In this document: piece after piece, positions 1-13,420 of the stretch
How the letters are laid out: each line of letters opens with the position of its first letter
Numbering within the stretch: position 1 is the first letter of the stretch
Source: Chrysomallon squamiferum
Lineage: Eukaryota > Animalia > Mollusca
NCBI GenBank assembly: GCA_012295275.1
Contig: CM022671.1
Location: forward strand, 1,426,001 to 1,490,000
Reading direction: 5' to 3'
Length of the DNA: 64,000 bases
Notes under the pieces: model-generated
Told to the model about the DNA's origin: nothing
Databases searched by the model: none
The model's input: only the letters and a program-made list of their open reading frames with translations
Position numbers and translations under genes: made by a program

Positions 1-386
1 TTAAAATAATATTTATTCAAGATAAGATTAAACTTGAGTGGGCTAGACGAGTATGTTCAAGATTCTTTCTGCTTTGTGTGGTACTGCGGTGTGGTCACGT
101 CATCTACATCTGAAACAAAATATAACAATAATAACAACAACAACCAAAGCAACAGCACTAACAGAATTAGTAAGACAGTAAAAATGGTAGCAGTAAAAAC
201 AGAACAAAAATACAGAAAAAAGAATCATAAATGTTTTTTCGTTTTTGTTCATCTTATTATTATTATTATTATTATTATTATTTTACAAGTTTTTATTTAC
301 TATTATTTTTTTGTTATGGTTAATGTCATTCTTACTATGAATATGAATCAGAATGTTTCCGTTGTTATTGGTTTCTTTTTGTATTT

Positions 387-1724
387 CTAATACTTAGGTG
401 CTTCCTCGCTCGAATCTTCTTCATTCTTCAGTTCCTCTTCAATTTGTGTTTCTTCGCTTTCTTCTTCAGCAATTTCTTCAACTACCTCTTTCGATTCTTC
501 TTCTATGTCTTGTTTATTTTCTGCATCTGCTTCATTTATCTCTTCCTCCATGCCCTCGGTCATTTCCTTCATACCTGCGTCAATCAAGGCATCAATAGTG
601 TCTGCTGCTTTTATCAGAGCCTCGGCCGCCTCTGTTTGTTTCATCTGAGCCAGTACTTTACCTAACAGTCGCAAGTTGTCTGACATGTCGAGTAAGTCTT
701 CGGGAGATTGACCACTCTCATCACTTCCATCGTCCATCATCCCATTCATATCATCATCATTATCATCTTCATCATCATCATCACCCATCATTTCTTCCAA
801 AGAATCCTCATCTACATCGTCATCATCATCCACATCATCGCCGTCATCCAAAATTAAAGCAGCCACAAGTAATTCCTCGTCGTCTACGCCGTCAACATCA
901 TCACCACTTTCCTAAATATACAAAACATTTTAGTTGTAACACCATTTAAAAAATCAGTTCAAGAATAAATGAGCGAATGTGACAATACTCTTAATAACAT
1001 GTAATTTATTATAATCTAATATAGGACCTCTTATTAAAAACATTTGAATTATGCACATACATATTCCTTATTATTAGAAAAGAAAATCTATCTATCTATC
1101 TATCTGTCTATCTATATACATATATGAATGGATCTTTTAAAAGCACCATTTCTGGGTCAGTAAGAGACAGATGAAATATTTTGATACAATTGGTGAAATA
1201 AACAGAATTAATGGATGAAATATTTTGATACAATTGGTGAAAAAAACAAAATCAATGGATGAAATATTTTGATACAACTGGTGAGATAAACAGAATTAAT
1301 GGAAGAATATTTTGATACAATTGGTGAAATAAACAGAATTAATGGATGAATATTTTGATACAACTGGTGAGATGAACAAAATTAATGGAAGAAATATTTT
1401 GATACAATTGGTGAAATAAACAGAATTAATTGATGAAATATTTTGATACAACTGGTGAGATGAACAGAATTAATGGAAGAAATATTTTGATACAACTGGT
1501 GAGATAAACAGAATTAATGGATGAAATATTTTGATACAACTGGTGAGATAAACAGAATCAATGGAAGAAATATTTTGATACAACTGGTGAGATAAACAGA
1601 ATTAATGGAAGAAATATTTTGATACAACTGGTGAAATAAACAGAATTACCTCTATCGTCCGCTTTACCCTGTAGCCTAAAGCTGTTGTTGCCAAAATACA
1701 CAGAAGGAAAATATAAGCTTTCAT
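387..1724 (-). CDS. Secreted acidic Asp/Glu-rich protein, paralog A (~199 aa); coding exons 1724-1650 and 911-387
   Basis: The exon 1724-1650 reads MKAYIFLLCILATTALGYRVKRTIE (signal peptide plus RVKR), with AG directly before the ATG and a GT donor after it. A phase-0 tttag acceptor at 913-912 leads into ESGDDVDG...EEAPKY*. Non-coding exon donor at 1846; AATAAA at 17-12. Confidence 0.85.
1171..1647. repeat. 44-bp minisatellite, ~11 copies, in the intron of paralog A
   Basis: Unit gaaatattttgatacaactggtgagataaacagaattaatggat; gatacaa recurs at 1183, 1227, 1271 ... 1621. Confidence 0.95.
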
Positions 1725-2489
1725 CTGAAAATATAAACATAAACATAACATTTACATTTATTAGTTTGTTTTTTGGTATTTTTAACTCTTAAATGGTAAT
1801 ATATATATATATATATCTGATCTGCTAAAATAAAATTTTATATTACCTTTTTTCGTTCAAGTAGGTGCTGTGTTGTTCCTGGTTGTACAGAGAATATCGT
1901 TTTATCTTAGTTGTAGTCTTTATATAATAACTAACATGCTAATTAACTAACAGCTGCTTGTCGTAATGAATTCAAACCGAATATACAATGAGAAATTTTA
2001 CATATATTTTACATTGGTCAGATAATTTATGTTCAGAATACACCTTTCTGATTTTATGATTAGATTACAGCTTTGTTTCATAGTCCATGCATACATCAGC
2101 AATAGAGAAAGGTGTGGTGCCAACAAAAATAATTCTTCGCCAACCAAAACACATTTCTGACTCTGCGAAGCACTAAATGATGGTTGGACTAACTATAACA
2201 TTTCTATAATACATTAGAATCATACTGATCAGATAATAGTTCGGTTTCTTAGAGATGTATCAAAATTAGCCTAACTAGAACATAGGCCTACACATTTCTG
2301 TTTCATTCATACACATAATTTTCAAATTATAGTTAATAAAAGTCTGTTTTGTAAAGATTCTGAATGAAAACAAGTTGAATAAAACATTTAGTGTGAAAAC
2401 ATAAATTCCTCTCACATTCTCGTTTTTCTCTTTCTCGTTTTCTCTTTCCCAATTTCTCTCCTTTTCCTATTTCTTCGATTCTTATGTAC

Positions 2490-3020
2490 GATGTCACGTA
2501 TATTACACAGGTCTCTGTTTAAACAGTTTGTTATGAATCATAATATTTGATGTCACGTATATTACACAGTTCTCTGTTTAAACAGTTTGTTATGAATCAT
2601 AATATTTGATGTCACGTATATTACACAGGTCTCTGTTTAAACAGTTTGTTATGAATCATAATATTTGATGTCACGTATATTACACAGGTCTCTGTTTAAA
2701 CAGTTTGTTATGAATCATAATATTTGATGTCACGTATATTACACAGGTCTCTGTTTAAACAGTTTGTTATGAATCATAATATTTGATGTCACGTATATTA
2801 CACAGGTCTCTGTTTAAACAGTTTGTTATGAATCATAATATTTGATGTCACGTATATTACACAGGTCTCTGTTTAAACAGTTTGTTATGAATCATAATAT
2901 TTGATGTCACGTATATTACACAGGTCTCTGTTTAAACAGTTTGTTATGAATCATTATATTTGATGTCAAGTATATTACACAGGTCTCTGTTTAAACAGTT
3001 TGTTATGAATCATTATATTT
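2490..3020. repeat. 59-bp minisatellite, 9 copies, in the spacer of the inverted duplication
   Basis: Unit gatgtcacgtatattacacaggtctctgtttaaacagtttgttatgaatcataatattt at 2490, 2549, 2608 ... 2962; contains the palindrome CTGTTTAAACAG. Confidence 0.95.
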
Positions 3021-4017
3021 TCCGGATTTATTTATTTTAATCTTTTGACGAAAAAAAACGGAATGAGCCAACACGAGAGAGAGAGGGACAAAAAGAAGAA
3101 GAGAAAGAGAGGTAGACGGAGAGTGAATGAAGACGGGAGAAAGGGAGAAAGAAACAAAAGGAGACAATGAAAGAATGAGATAGAAAGAACAACAAAAAAT
3201 GTACCGAAGAAATAGGAAAAAAGAGAAATTGGGAGAGAGAGAACAAGAAAGAGAGAAAAAATTAATGTGAGAGGAATTTATGTTGTCACACTAAATGTTT
3301 TACTCAACTTGTTTTCATTCAGAAACTTTACAAAACAAACTTTTATTAACTATAATTTGAAAATTATGTGTATGAATGAAACAGAAATATGAATGTTAGG
3401 CTAATTTTGATACATCTCAACAAACGGAACTATTATCTGATCAGTATGATTCTAATGTATTACATGTCTTTCTAAGTCAGTTAATAAAATATGTTAAAAT
3501 TATACTTCCTCTATAGTATACTGCCGAATCGGAAAAACTCGGAAAATATATGATTTTTATTAGTATCTGAAATGTGATAGTTAGTCCAACCATTATTAAG
3601 TACTTGATAGAGTCAGAAATGTGTTTCAGTTCGCGAAGAATAATTTTTGTTCGCTCGACACTTTTTCCTGTTGCTGAACCACTTTTTATAGCTCCAACAT
3701 CGCCAAGTTAACCAATGAGGGTTTTTTTTTCTGTTGATTTTCAGTTGTCCACCTGGAAATGAATAATAATATTACTATTACTGTTATTACTGTTTCATTA
3801 GCAAACATAAACACAACATGAACATACAATGGAAACACGTGTGAGTGTATGCATGGACTATGAAACAAAAATATAATCTACTCCAAAAATCAGTAAGGTC
3901 TACTCTGACCAACATAAATTATCTGACCAATGTAAAATATATGTAAAATTTCTCATTGTATATTCGGTTTGAATTCATTACGAGAAGCAGCTGTTAGTTA
4001 ATTAGCATGTTAGTTAT

Positions 4018-4096
4018 TATAAAAAGACAACATCTAAGATAAAACGTCATTCTCTGTACAACCAGGAACAACACAGCACCTACTTCAACGAACAAG
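4018..4096 (+). promoter_or_regulatory. TATA box, initiator and non-coding first exon of paralog B
   Basis: TATAAAAA at 4018, TCATTC Inr-like site ~30 nt downstream (A at 4049), donor AAG|GTAAT at 4097. Conserved in A (~1925-1847) and C (7187-7265). Confidence 0.65.
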
Positions 4097-4257
4097 GTAA
4101 TATAAAATTTTATTTGAGCAGATCAAATATATGTGTGTGTATATATATATATATATTACTATTTAATGATTCTAAAGTGAACGAAACATTTAAGAGTTAA
4201 AAATACCAAAAAATAAACTAATAAATGTAAATGTTATGTTTATGTTTATATTTACAG

Positions 4258-4767
4258 ATGAAAGCTTGTATTTTCCTTCTGTGTATTTTGGCAACAACAG
4301 CTTTAGGCTACAGGGTAAAGCGGACGATAGAGGTATGTCCATTAATTCTGTTCATCTCACCAGTTGTATCAAAATATTTCTTCCATTAATTCTGTTTATT
4401 TCCATAATTGTATCAAAATATTTCATCCATTAATTCTGTTTATTTCACCAGTTGTATCAAAATATTTCATCCATTAATTCTGTTTACCTCACCAATTGTA
4501 TCAAAATATTTTATCCATTAATTCTGTTTATTTCACCAATTGTATCAAAATATTTCATCCATTGATTCTGTTTATTTCACCAGTTGTATCAAAATATTTC
4601 ATCTGTCTCTTAGATTCTCTTATTTATATGTATCACTAGTGGTAAGGTAACATCAGTTATTAAGAAGCGATTAATATTAGTCCGGTGTTTCCATTACTGA
4701 CCTAGAAATGGTGCTTTTAAAAGATCCATTCATATATGTATATAGATAGAGAGAAAGATAGATACAC

Positions 4768-4812
<45 letters not shown>

Positions 4813-5436
4813 TAGATTTTCTTTTCTAATTGTAAGGAACATGATTCAAAATGTTTTAAATAAAAGGTCCTATCTAAATGGTGTTACAACTAAAATGTTT
4901 TGTATATTTAGGAAAGTGGTGATGATGTTGACGGCGTAGACGACGAGGAATTACTTGTGGCTGCTTTAATTTTGGATGACGGCGATGATGTGGATGATGA
5001 TGACGATGTAGATGAGGATTCTTTGGAAGAAATGATGGGTGATGATGATGATGAAGATGATAATGATGATGATATGAATGGGATGATGGACGATGGAAGT
5101 GATGACAGTGATCCATCTCCCGAAGACTTACTCGACATGTCAGACAACTTGCGACTGTTAGGTAAAGTACTGGCTCAGATGAAACAAACAGAGGCGGCCG
5201 AGGCTCTGATAAAAGCAGCAGACACTATTGATGCCTTCATTGACGCAGGTATGAAGGAAATGACCGAGGGCATGGATGAAGAGATAAATGAAGCAGATGC
5301 AGAAAATAAACAAGATATAGAAGAACAAGCGAAAGAGGTAGTTGAAGAAATTGCTGAAGAAGAAAGCGAAGAAACTCAAATTGAAGAGGAACTGAAGAAT
5401 GAAGAAGATTCGAGCGAGGAAGCATCTAAGTATTAG
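4258..5436 (+). CDS. Secreted acidic Asp/Glu-rich protein, paralog B (~199 aa); coding exons 4258-4332 and 4912-5436
   Basis: tttacag|ATG MKACIFLLCILATTALGYRVKRTIE|gtatgt, then tttag|GAA in phase 0 into the 4957-5436 ORF. About 98% identical to A. AATAAA at 5825. Confidence 0.85.
4340..4600. repeat. 44-bp minisatellite, ~6 copies, in the intron of paralog B
   Basis: Reverse complement of the unit at 1171-1647, starting a few nt after the donor at 4333. Confidence 0.9.
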
Positions 5437-5557
5437 AAATACAAAAAGAAACCAATAACAACGGAAACATTCTGATTCATATTAACAGTAAGAATGACTT
5501 TAACCATAACAAAAAATAACAGTAAATAAATTTAAAAAAAAAATAATAATAATAATG

Positions 5558-5590
<33 letters not shown>

Positions 5591-6887
5591 GGAACAAAAA
5601 CGAAAAAACATTTATGATTCTGTTTTCTGTATTTTTGTTCTGTTTTTACTGCTACCATTTTTACTGTCTTACTAATTCTGTTAGTGCTATTGCTTTGGTT
5701 GTTGTTGTTATTATTGTTATATTTTGTTTCAGATGTAGATGACGTGACCACACCGCAGTACCACACAAAGCAGAAAGAATCTTGAACATACTCGTCTAGA
5801 CCACTCAAGTTTAATCTTATCTTGAATAAATCTTATATTTAAGAAATCATAATTGGTTGTTTGTTTCTGAAATTCCAGTGTCATGTCTCTTTGACCGAAT
5901 AAGTGTAAAGAAATTATTTTTGTATAAGAAATTACCTCTGCCATAATTGCTAATGGATCAGATTCTTCGAGAAAGAGAAAAGTAGAGAAACGAAAGAATA
6001 CTTTGATGAAAAACGTCTTTGTAGAATCATTCAAACGAAGATGCAAGAAAAAGTACTTAACAGCAATTCTAGAAGAAGTAGTAGTAGTAGTGCTTTACTA
6101 TTAAAAGTAATGGTGCTAGATAATATGGTCATAATGATGAGATGAAAATGATGATGCTGATATTAAGGTCATGATAACAAACAAATGTTTTAAACGTGAC
6201 TAAGTCGCTCTTTGCTCTGCATTGTCCAAAAGACAGAGGTTTACACGATGACGGCTCTGAAACAGTCAGACTGAAGAGAAGCAACCCGTGTTAGGTCGAT
6301 CGTGCGTTTCTTCTCTTCATATATTCGTTATTCTTAGTGGTCACTGTGGTGTCACAGCCGTAGAGGTAAAACTTGTGATACTGGGACGTTAGATGGAAAA
6401 GAGTTAACAAAGTTAAATAAAAAATGAATCATTTATGAAAGGAAATCAAGTGATTTCATTGTATTAATTTATTTTAATTTTTTTATTTAATTTTTTTATT
6501 TTTTATTTTTTTTTTTTTCTTTTTTTGTTGTAAATTTAGAGTAAAAGAATAATTTAAAATAATAACAACTAACTTTCTCACTGGTTAACTTAGGGACGCA
6601 GTAACTGTAAAAAGTGGTGCAGCAGTAGACAGATATATGTTTGTATATATATTCTCACTTTATGCAATAAGTATGTGAACATGTCTGCATGTTCATGTAT
6701 GTATACCATACAATCAGAAACAGTATATATTCATGCATGCTTGCACCCCCCACCCCCACATATATATATTGATAGATGTACACACACACACAATCGTTAC
6801 ATACATGTTCAGAAATTAATCAATATAATGGCATATCTAAATATGCAGAAGCAACAGTTATAGGAAAGTAGCAGTAACAATAATAAT

Positions 6888-7049
6888 ATTACAAAGCTGT
6901 AATCTAATCCTAAAATTACAAAGCTGTAATCTAATCCTAAAATTACAAAGCTGTAATTAAATTCTAGAATTACAAAACTGTAATCTAATCCTAAAATTAC
7001 AAAGCTGTAATCTAATCCTAAAATTACAAAGCTGCAATCGAATTATACA
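6888..7049. repeat. 27-bp minisatellite, 6 copies, upstream of the paralog C promoter
   Basis: Unit attacaaagctgtaatctaatcctaaa with an internal inverted repeat ATTACA-aagc-TGTAAT. Confidence 0.9.
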
Positions 7050-7186
7050 ATCAGAAAGGTATATTCGGAACATAAATTATCTGACCAATGTGAAATATAT
7101 GTAAATTATATGTAAAGTTTCTCACTGTATATTCGGTTTGAATTAATTACGAGAAGCAGCTGTTAGCTAATTAGCATGTTAGTTAT

Positions 7187-7265
7187 TATAAAAAGACAAC
7201 ATCTAAGATCAAACGTCATTCTCTGTACAACCAGGAACAATACAGCACCTTCTTGAACAAACAAG
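7187..7265 (+). promoter_or_regulatory. TATA box, initiator and non-coding first exon of paralog C
   Basis: TATAAAAA at 7187, TCATTC at 7216, donor at 7266; near-identical to the B promoter. Confidence 0.65.
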
Positions 7266-7938
7266 GTAATTTAATTTGTTTATCTTAGTTGATAAATGTT
7301 TCTGAGTTAAATTATTTTATTTGATTCGAATGAAAACTAAATTTTTAAAGTTAAATATGTCAATAATATTTCGTGAATTATTATAATAGGAGCGTTTCGC
7401 CTTTTAAAAGTTTTGCAGCAATATTTCATAGATCAAAACGTTAATAGTTTAAAAACAGTTCTTTGTAGACATGTCCTGTATTTCTCTAATGTCGAAATTG
7501 TAAAAATATATTTTGTAACTAATGATTAATTAATAGAATGTTATATACACGTTCATACAGTGATTTATGTTTAAATTGTTTTGAACGAGTAATCACTAAA
7601 CATTTCAAAGCCATCATTTTACCCTCTTAACATTGGAAATGTGACGTCATAGTACACGTGACACTCTGATAGCTGTACCGTAACCTTATTATACACGTAC
7701 CATTAGATACACATGAAAACAATCATTGCTTTAAAAAATAAAAAAAAAAAATTTACAAGATATCATGAAATAAGTAAAACAAAGGAACGGAAGAAATAAG
7801 AGTTAAACAATAAAGTAAGTGAAGCAAGCAAATAAATAAACGTAATTCAAACTGAAAATGAGTAAATGAGTTAAGAAATAATTAATGCACACGTTAATAA
7901 ACAAGCCAGTAAATAGAAAGGTTATATCTTTCTTACAG

Positions 7939-9214
7939 ATGAGATTTTGTATTTTCCTTCTGTGTCTCCTGGCAACCACAGCTTTCGCCTACAGGATAAC
8001 GGTGGAAGATGGGGGTAAGTCCTTTAATTCTCTTTATTTCTTAAATTGTATCAAAATATTTCATCTCTCATATTCTTCAAAAACTCAGCTTTTTTTCTCA
8101 AAATATTTATGATATTTATTACTTCAGATTTAAACTTAACGTAACATTAGTTGTGTAGAAGTTATTAACGCTTGTCCCATGGGAATATTTCTGATTTTGA
8201 AAGTTCAGACTGGAAGAAAAACGTACACGTTTATAGTGCATGAATAACTGAAGATATTTGCAATCCTGTCTTACCAATGGTACTTTTAAAAGATCCATTC
8301 CTACTCTTCAGTAAATATATAATTTATGATCTTCTTTTCTAATAGTAAGAAACATTTATTTTTATATGTACGCTTTACACTACTGAAAATGTTTTTATAA
8401 GCCGTCCTCTCTTAGATTACATTTAATGTTAGTATTAATAATATTAACGTACCACTTTCCTTCATTCCTATAATGATTATTTAAATGATGTTACATCTGT
8501 TTTCGCTGTGTCTAATTAGAACACGCTGCTCCTCATGTCGATGTAGGGAAACTGTTAGTTGAACTGTTAAAAGGCAAAGCTGATTCTGATGACAAGGCAT
8601 CAGTTGGGGACACAGATGAGGCTGCTTTGAATCTGGATGATGGTGATAATGTCGATGATGGTGACGATGTGTATGACGGTAACGATATGGATGATGATGT
8701 TTCTATGGATGAGAATTCTTTGGAAGAAATGAAGGGTGATTATGATGATGAAGATGATAATAATGAGGGTGGTGATGATGTTGAAGATGATAATAATGAG
8801 GGTGATGATGATGTTGAAGATGATAATAATGAGGGTGATGATGATGTTGAAGATGATAATATTGAGGGTGATGATGATGATGAAGAAGATAATGATGATG
8901 ATATGAATGGGATGAAGGATGATGGAAGTGATGACAGTGGTCAATCTGCCGAAGACTTACTTGACATGTCAGACAACTTGCGACTGTTAGGTAAATTACT
9001 GGCTCAGATGAAACAAACAGAGGCCGCCGAGGCTCTGATAAAAGCAGCAGACATTATTGATGCCTTCATTGACGACGTCATGGATGAAGAGATAAATGAA
9101 GCAGATGCAGAAAATAAACAAAATATAACAAAAAAAGCGAAAAAGCTAGCTGAAGAAAAAAGTGACGAATCACAAATTAAAGATGAATGGATGGAGGCAG
9201 ATGATTCGAATTAG
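7939..9214 (+). CDS. Secreted acidic Asp-rich protein, paralog C (~256 aa); coding exons 7939-8014 and 8520-9214
   Basis: ttacag|ATG MRFCIFLLCLLATTAFAYRITVEDG+G|gtaagt (phase 1), then aattag|AA CAC GCT in frame with the 8627-9214 ORF. Shares the core EDLLDMSDNLRLLGKxLAQMKQTEAAEALIKAAD with A and B. AATAAA at 9736. Confidence 0.82.
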
Positions 9215-9393
9215 GAAGCACGTGAAAGAGGTATGAAGAAATTGCAGTTTAAAAAAGAAATATAAGTTAAACTAAAATCATCTATAGGTTTGAAAAACAC
9301 ACATGCTGAACAACAGAAACGTTCTGTGGTTTTTAATATATTAAGTAAACAATGTTTATTCCTTCATTGATTCTCTTTACTGTTACGATGATC

Positions 9394-9471
<78 letters not shown>

Positions 9472-10388
9472 TCAATAATAATAATATCAATAATAATAAT
9501 GATATTGGTAACAACAAGAATGAGACATTGATGACTTTATTTTCTGTATTGTTATTTCTGTTGTTATTACTGATATTCTTACTAATTTGTTTGACGCGGT
9601 TGTTGTTGTTATTGTTATTGTTATTGTTATTTTTCTTCAGATGTAGATCACGTGACACACAGATCCTTAAACATGCTGACCTTGACAACTGTCCGTTGTG
9701 TTTTTCAATGATAATTGAAATAACATGTAATCTTCAATAAAAAAGTATATTTAAAAATCATAAGTGTCTGTTTCATCAAGATTAAATTATTTATAATGCA
9801 ATACAAAATGAATATAAATATATGAGTGGGTTTTTGTTTTGTACGAGAAATTACTTTCACCCTATTGCCTAAGATTAAGAAACTTAAGGAGAGAGAATAA
9901 GGGGAGGAAAGAAAGAATCAACAGGTTGATGAACAATTTCTGATGATGCAAAAATTGATATCGGAATGATTATTTCTCAAGATAAAAAAAATTATGTAAC
10001 AAAAACAAAAACAAAAAGAAGAAAAAAAAGAAGAAGAAGACGACGAAAAAGAAAGACACACTTCCTAATCGTTGGGTGTTAATTTTCCGCGGTGTTACTA
10101 TGGTAACGGCTTGTTAAAGTCCATGTCATTCATAATTTTATCTTAAAGATTTTAATTTGGTGATTTAGATAAAACGAAATCAAAGTAGGAGAGAAAATAA
10201 ACAAATAAATGAGAAGAAAAAATAGTTTTATGTCAATTTCAATATACCTGAGATTTTCGAAACAATTTTAATTGTTTTTAAATTATTATTATTATTTTAT
10301 TTTTTTTGTGTTTTTTGAGTTGCCGTTTAAATACACAGAGACAAACCTATGATTAAAACTGAATTTGGGTTCTCTGTTAATTATTGTT

Positions 10389-11460
<1,072 letters not shown>

Positions 11461-11742
11461 TTTCAAAATGTGTTTTTTTTTTCTCTTCACAGTTCTAACA
11501 GTCAGCTGCAAATTTCAGTTTGGGTGTGTGACACTCACTATTTATACACGTGTAAAAAATACCACGTAATCCTCAGACGAATTGCGCACGGGCTGTAAAC
11601 GTGTACCTAGCAATATGCTGTAAAATGTATTTCAACTGTTTTGTGACTGAAACAGTTATTTGTAAAAAGGTTCATATTAAATTAAATAATCTTTTAATTA
11701 TCCTTCATTTGATTTACCTAATTACTTCAATACTTATATAAC

Positions 11743-11785
<43 letters not shown>

Positions 11786-12699
11786 TCTGTGTTTATATAT
11801 ATCAGTGAAAGATATTTAATGCTGATTTTCTTGCAACTGATAATTAATCTGTCACTACGTTATACTTGCATGCTGTCGGTATCGATATGTACATACGTAT
11901 GTATTTGCAGTTGTGGAGTTGTATTTACATAATATACTAATACATACAGACACAGATGTTCGTGCTTGTTTTGGATATAGTTTGTTGTGCATATTGATGA
12001 GCGAATAAAACTGAAATTTCATTTGTTTTCCTATCATTATAACACTGGAAGAAATAACAGAATGAAATAAATAGAACTCAGATGACAGCGCTACGTTACC
12101 TACAAACATAATTAATGAAGTTTAATTAAAATTTAAAGTAAATAAAAGGAGAAGATAATATTTCTCGAAAGATGATCATTGTGTATGACAATGGCAAAAC
12201 TGATCGTTCACAAGAAATAATAAAAATAAAGGTTAAGGTAAAAATGCAGAATTTGTTTTCAAATGTCTTCCAATATTTGACTCAGTGCAGCATATAAGAA
12301 GTGATGTGTTTTTGTTATGATTAAGTGATTTAGTTACATTAACGCATCGCACTTTGAATCACATAGTTACATTTACTAACAATGATGCAGTTACACAACA
12401 GGCAAAATACACAATAAAATAAAACAATTTAAATAGTGTCTCAATGTTTAAAATGCATATGTAACTGTTGTTAAAACAATAAATTTCAGACATACTGAAT
12501 ATCATTTTTAGCAGGCCTTCAAAACAAACAATTAGCACTTTTTTTGTAAAGTGGAGACGTAGGTTTAGAGCTATGTTAGTGAGCCAGTAATTACTTTACA
12601 TCTTCAACCAAAGATCGCAGCAGAAATATCAAATTTGTATTTTTCTTGTACATTTATGTTTCTAGTATCAACAAAAAAGAGACTATGAAGTTAACTATC

Positions 12700-13080
12700 A
12701 ACATTTTATTATTATCCAGTGTAATGACCTTTGACCTCATTTGCATATATTTACATACAGCGAAAAAGAAAAATGAATCATTTCTATTATTAACAAACTG
12801 TTTAGTCAGTAGTTATGAAAAATAATTAAATCAAATATCTTACAATCACAGTCATGTTTATGGTTTGTTATATTTTTACTTTTAGTAACAATGAGATATA
12901 GGATGGCGGCCATCTTGAAATTTCAGTATTTCATTTTTATTTTCACTTTTTTTTTTACATTTCTCAGTAGCTTATTTTATAGAAGAAGTCAAGTTAGAAA
13001 TTCTGGCTGGCAAATGTTTATCTTGGCACAAAAAAAAAAAAAAAAAATTATGAAACTCTCGTGTCGATTAACTTACTGTT
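12700..13080. mobile_element. Possible non-autonomous DNA transposon relic
   Basis: Contains TGACCTTTGACC and GATGGCGGCCATCTTGAAA, motifs common in marine-invertebrate MITE/Helentron-type repeats. No termini identified. Confidence 0.3.
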
Positions 13081-13389
13081 TTATTTGCTTTATTTATCTA
13101 AAACACAGTAATGTATTTTAATGGCATTTAATAAACACTTTTGTTAATTTCTGTAAATAGAATTAAAGCTCTTTAGGTACAATTTGAATTGAAAATAATG
13201 AGCTATTATCGGTAAAACAAAGGACCTTGCTGACCGCCATCTTTTAACTTAGATGTAAAATTATATCATGTCAGAATATATATTCATTACATTTTGTTCT
13301 TGAAAACTCAAGAAAAAAAATAAAATTGAAAAATAAAAGAACCCAGTAATGATGAAAAAATTATAAAACAAAATATAAATGAATGACGA

Positions 13390-13420
<31 letters not shown>

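Larger units (their letters stand above)
1..5840. repeat. Large inverted duplication: arm ~1-2478 vs arm ~3205-5840, carrying genes A and B head-to-head
   Basis: Reverse-complement matches are visible throughout (3' region, exons, promoter, 2300-2478 vs 3205-3460). The left arm may continue past the window start. Confidence 0.9.

Noticed and set aside
34-390. ORFs 34-390 and 5500-5808 (MSGLDEYVQDS...)
   Set aside because: They are antisense to the 3' regions of A and B, start at TTG and run through microsatellites. Their similarity simply reflects the inverted duplication.
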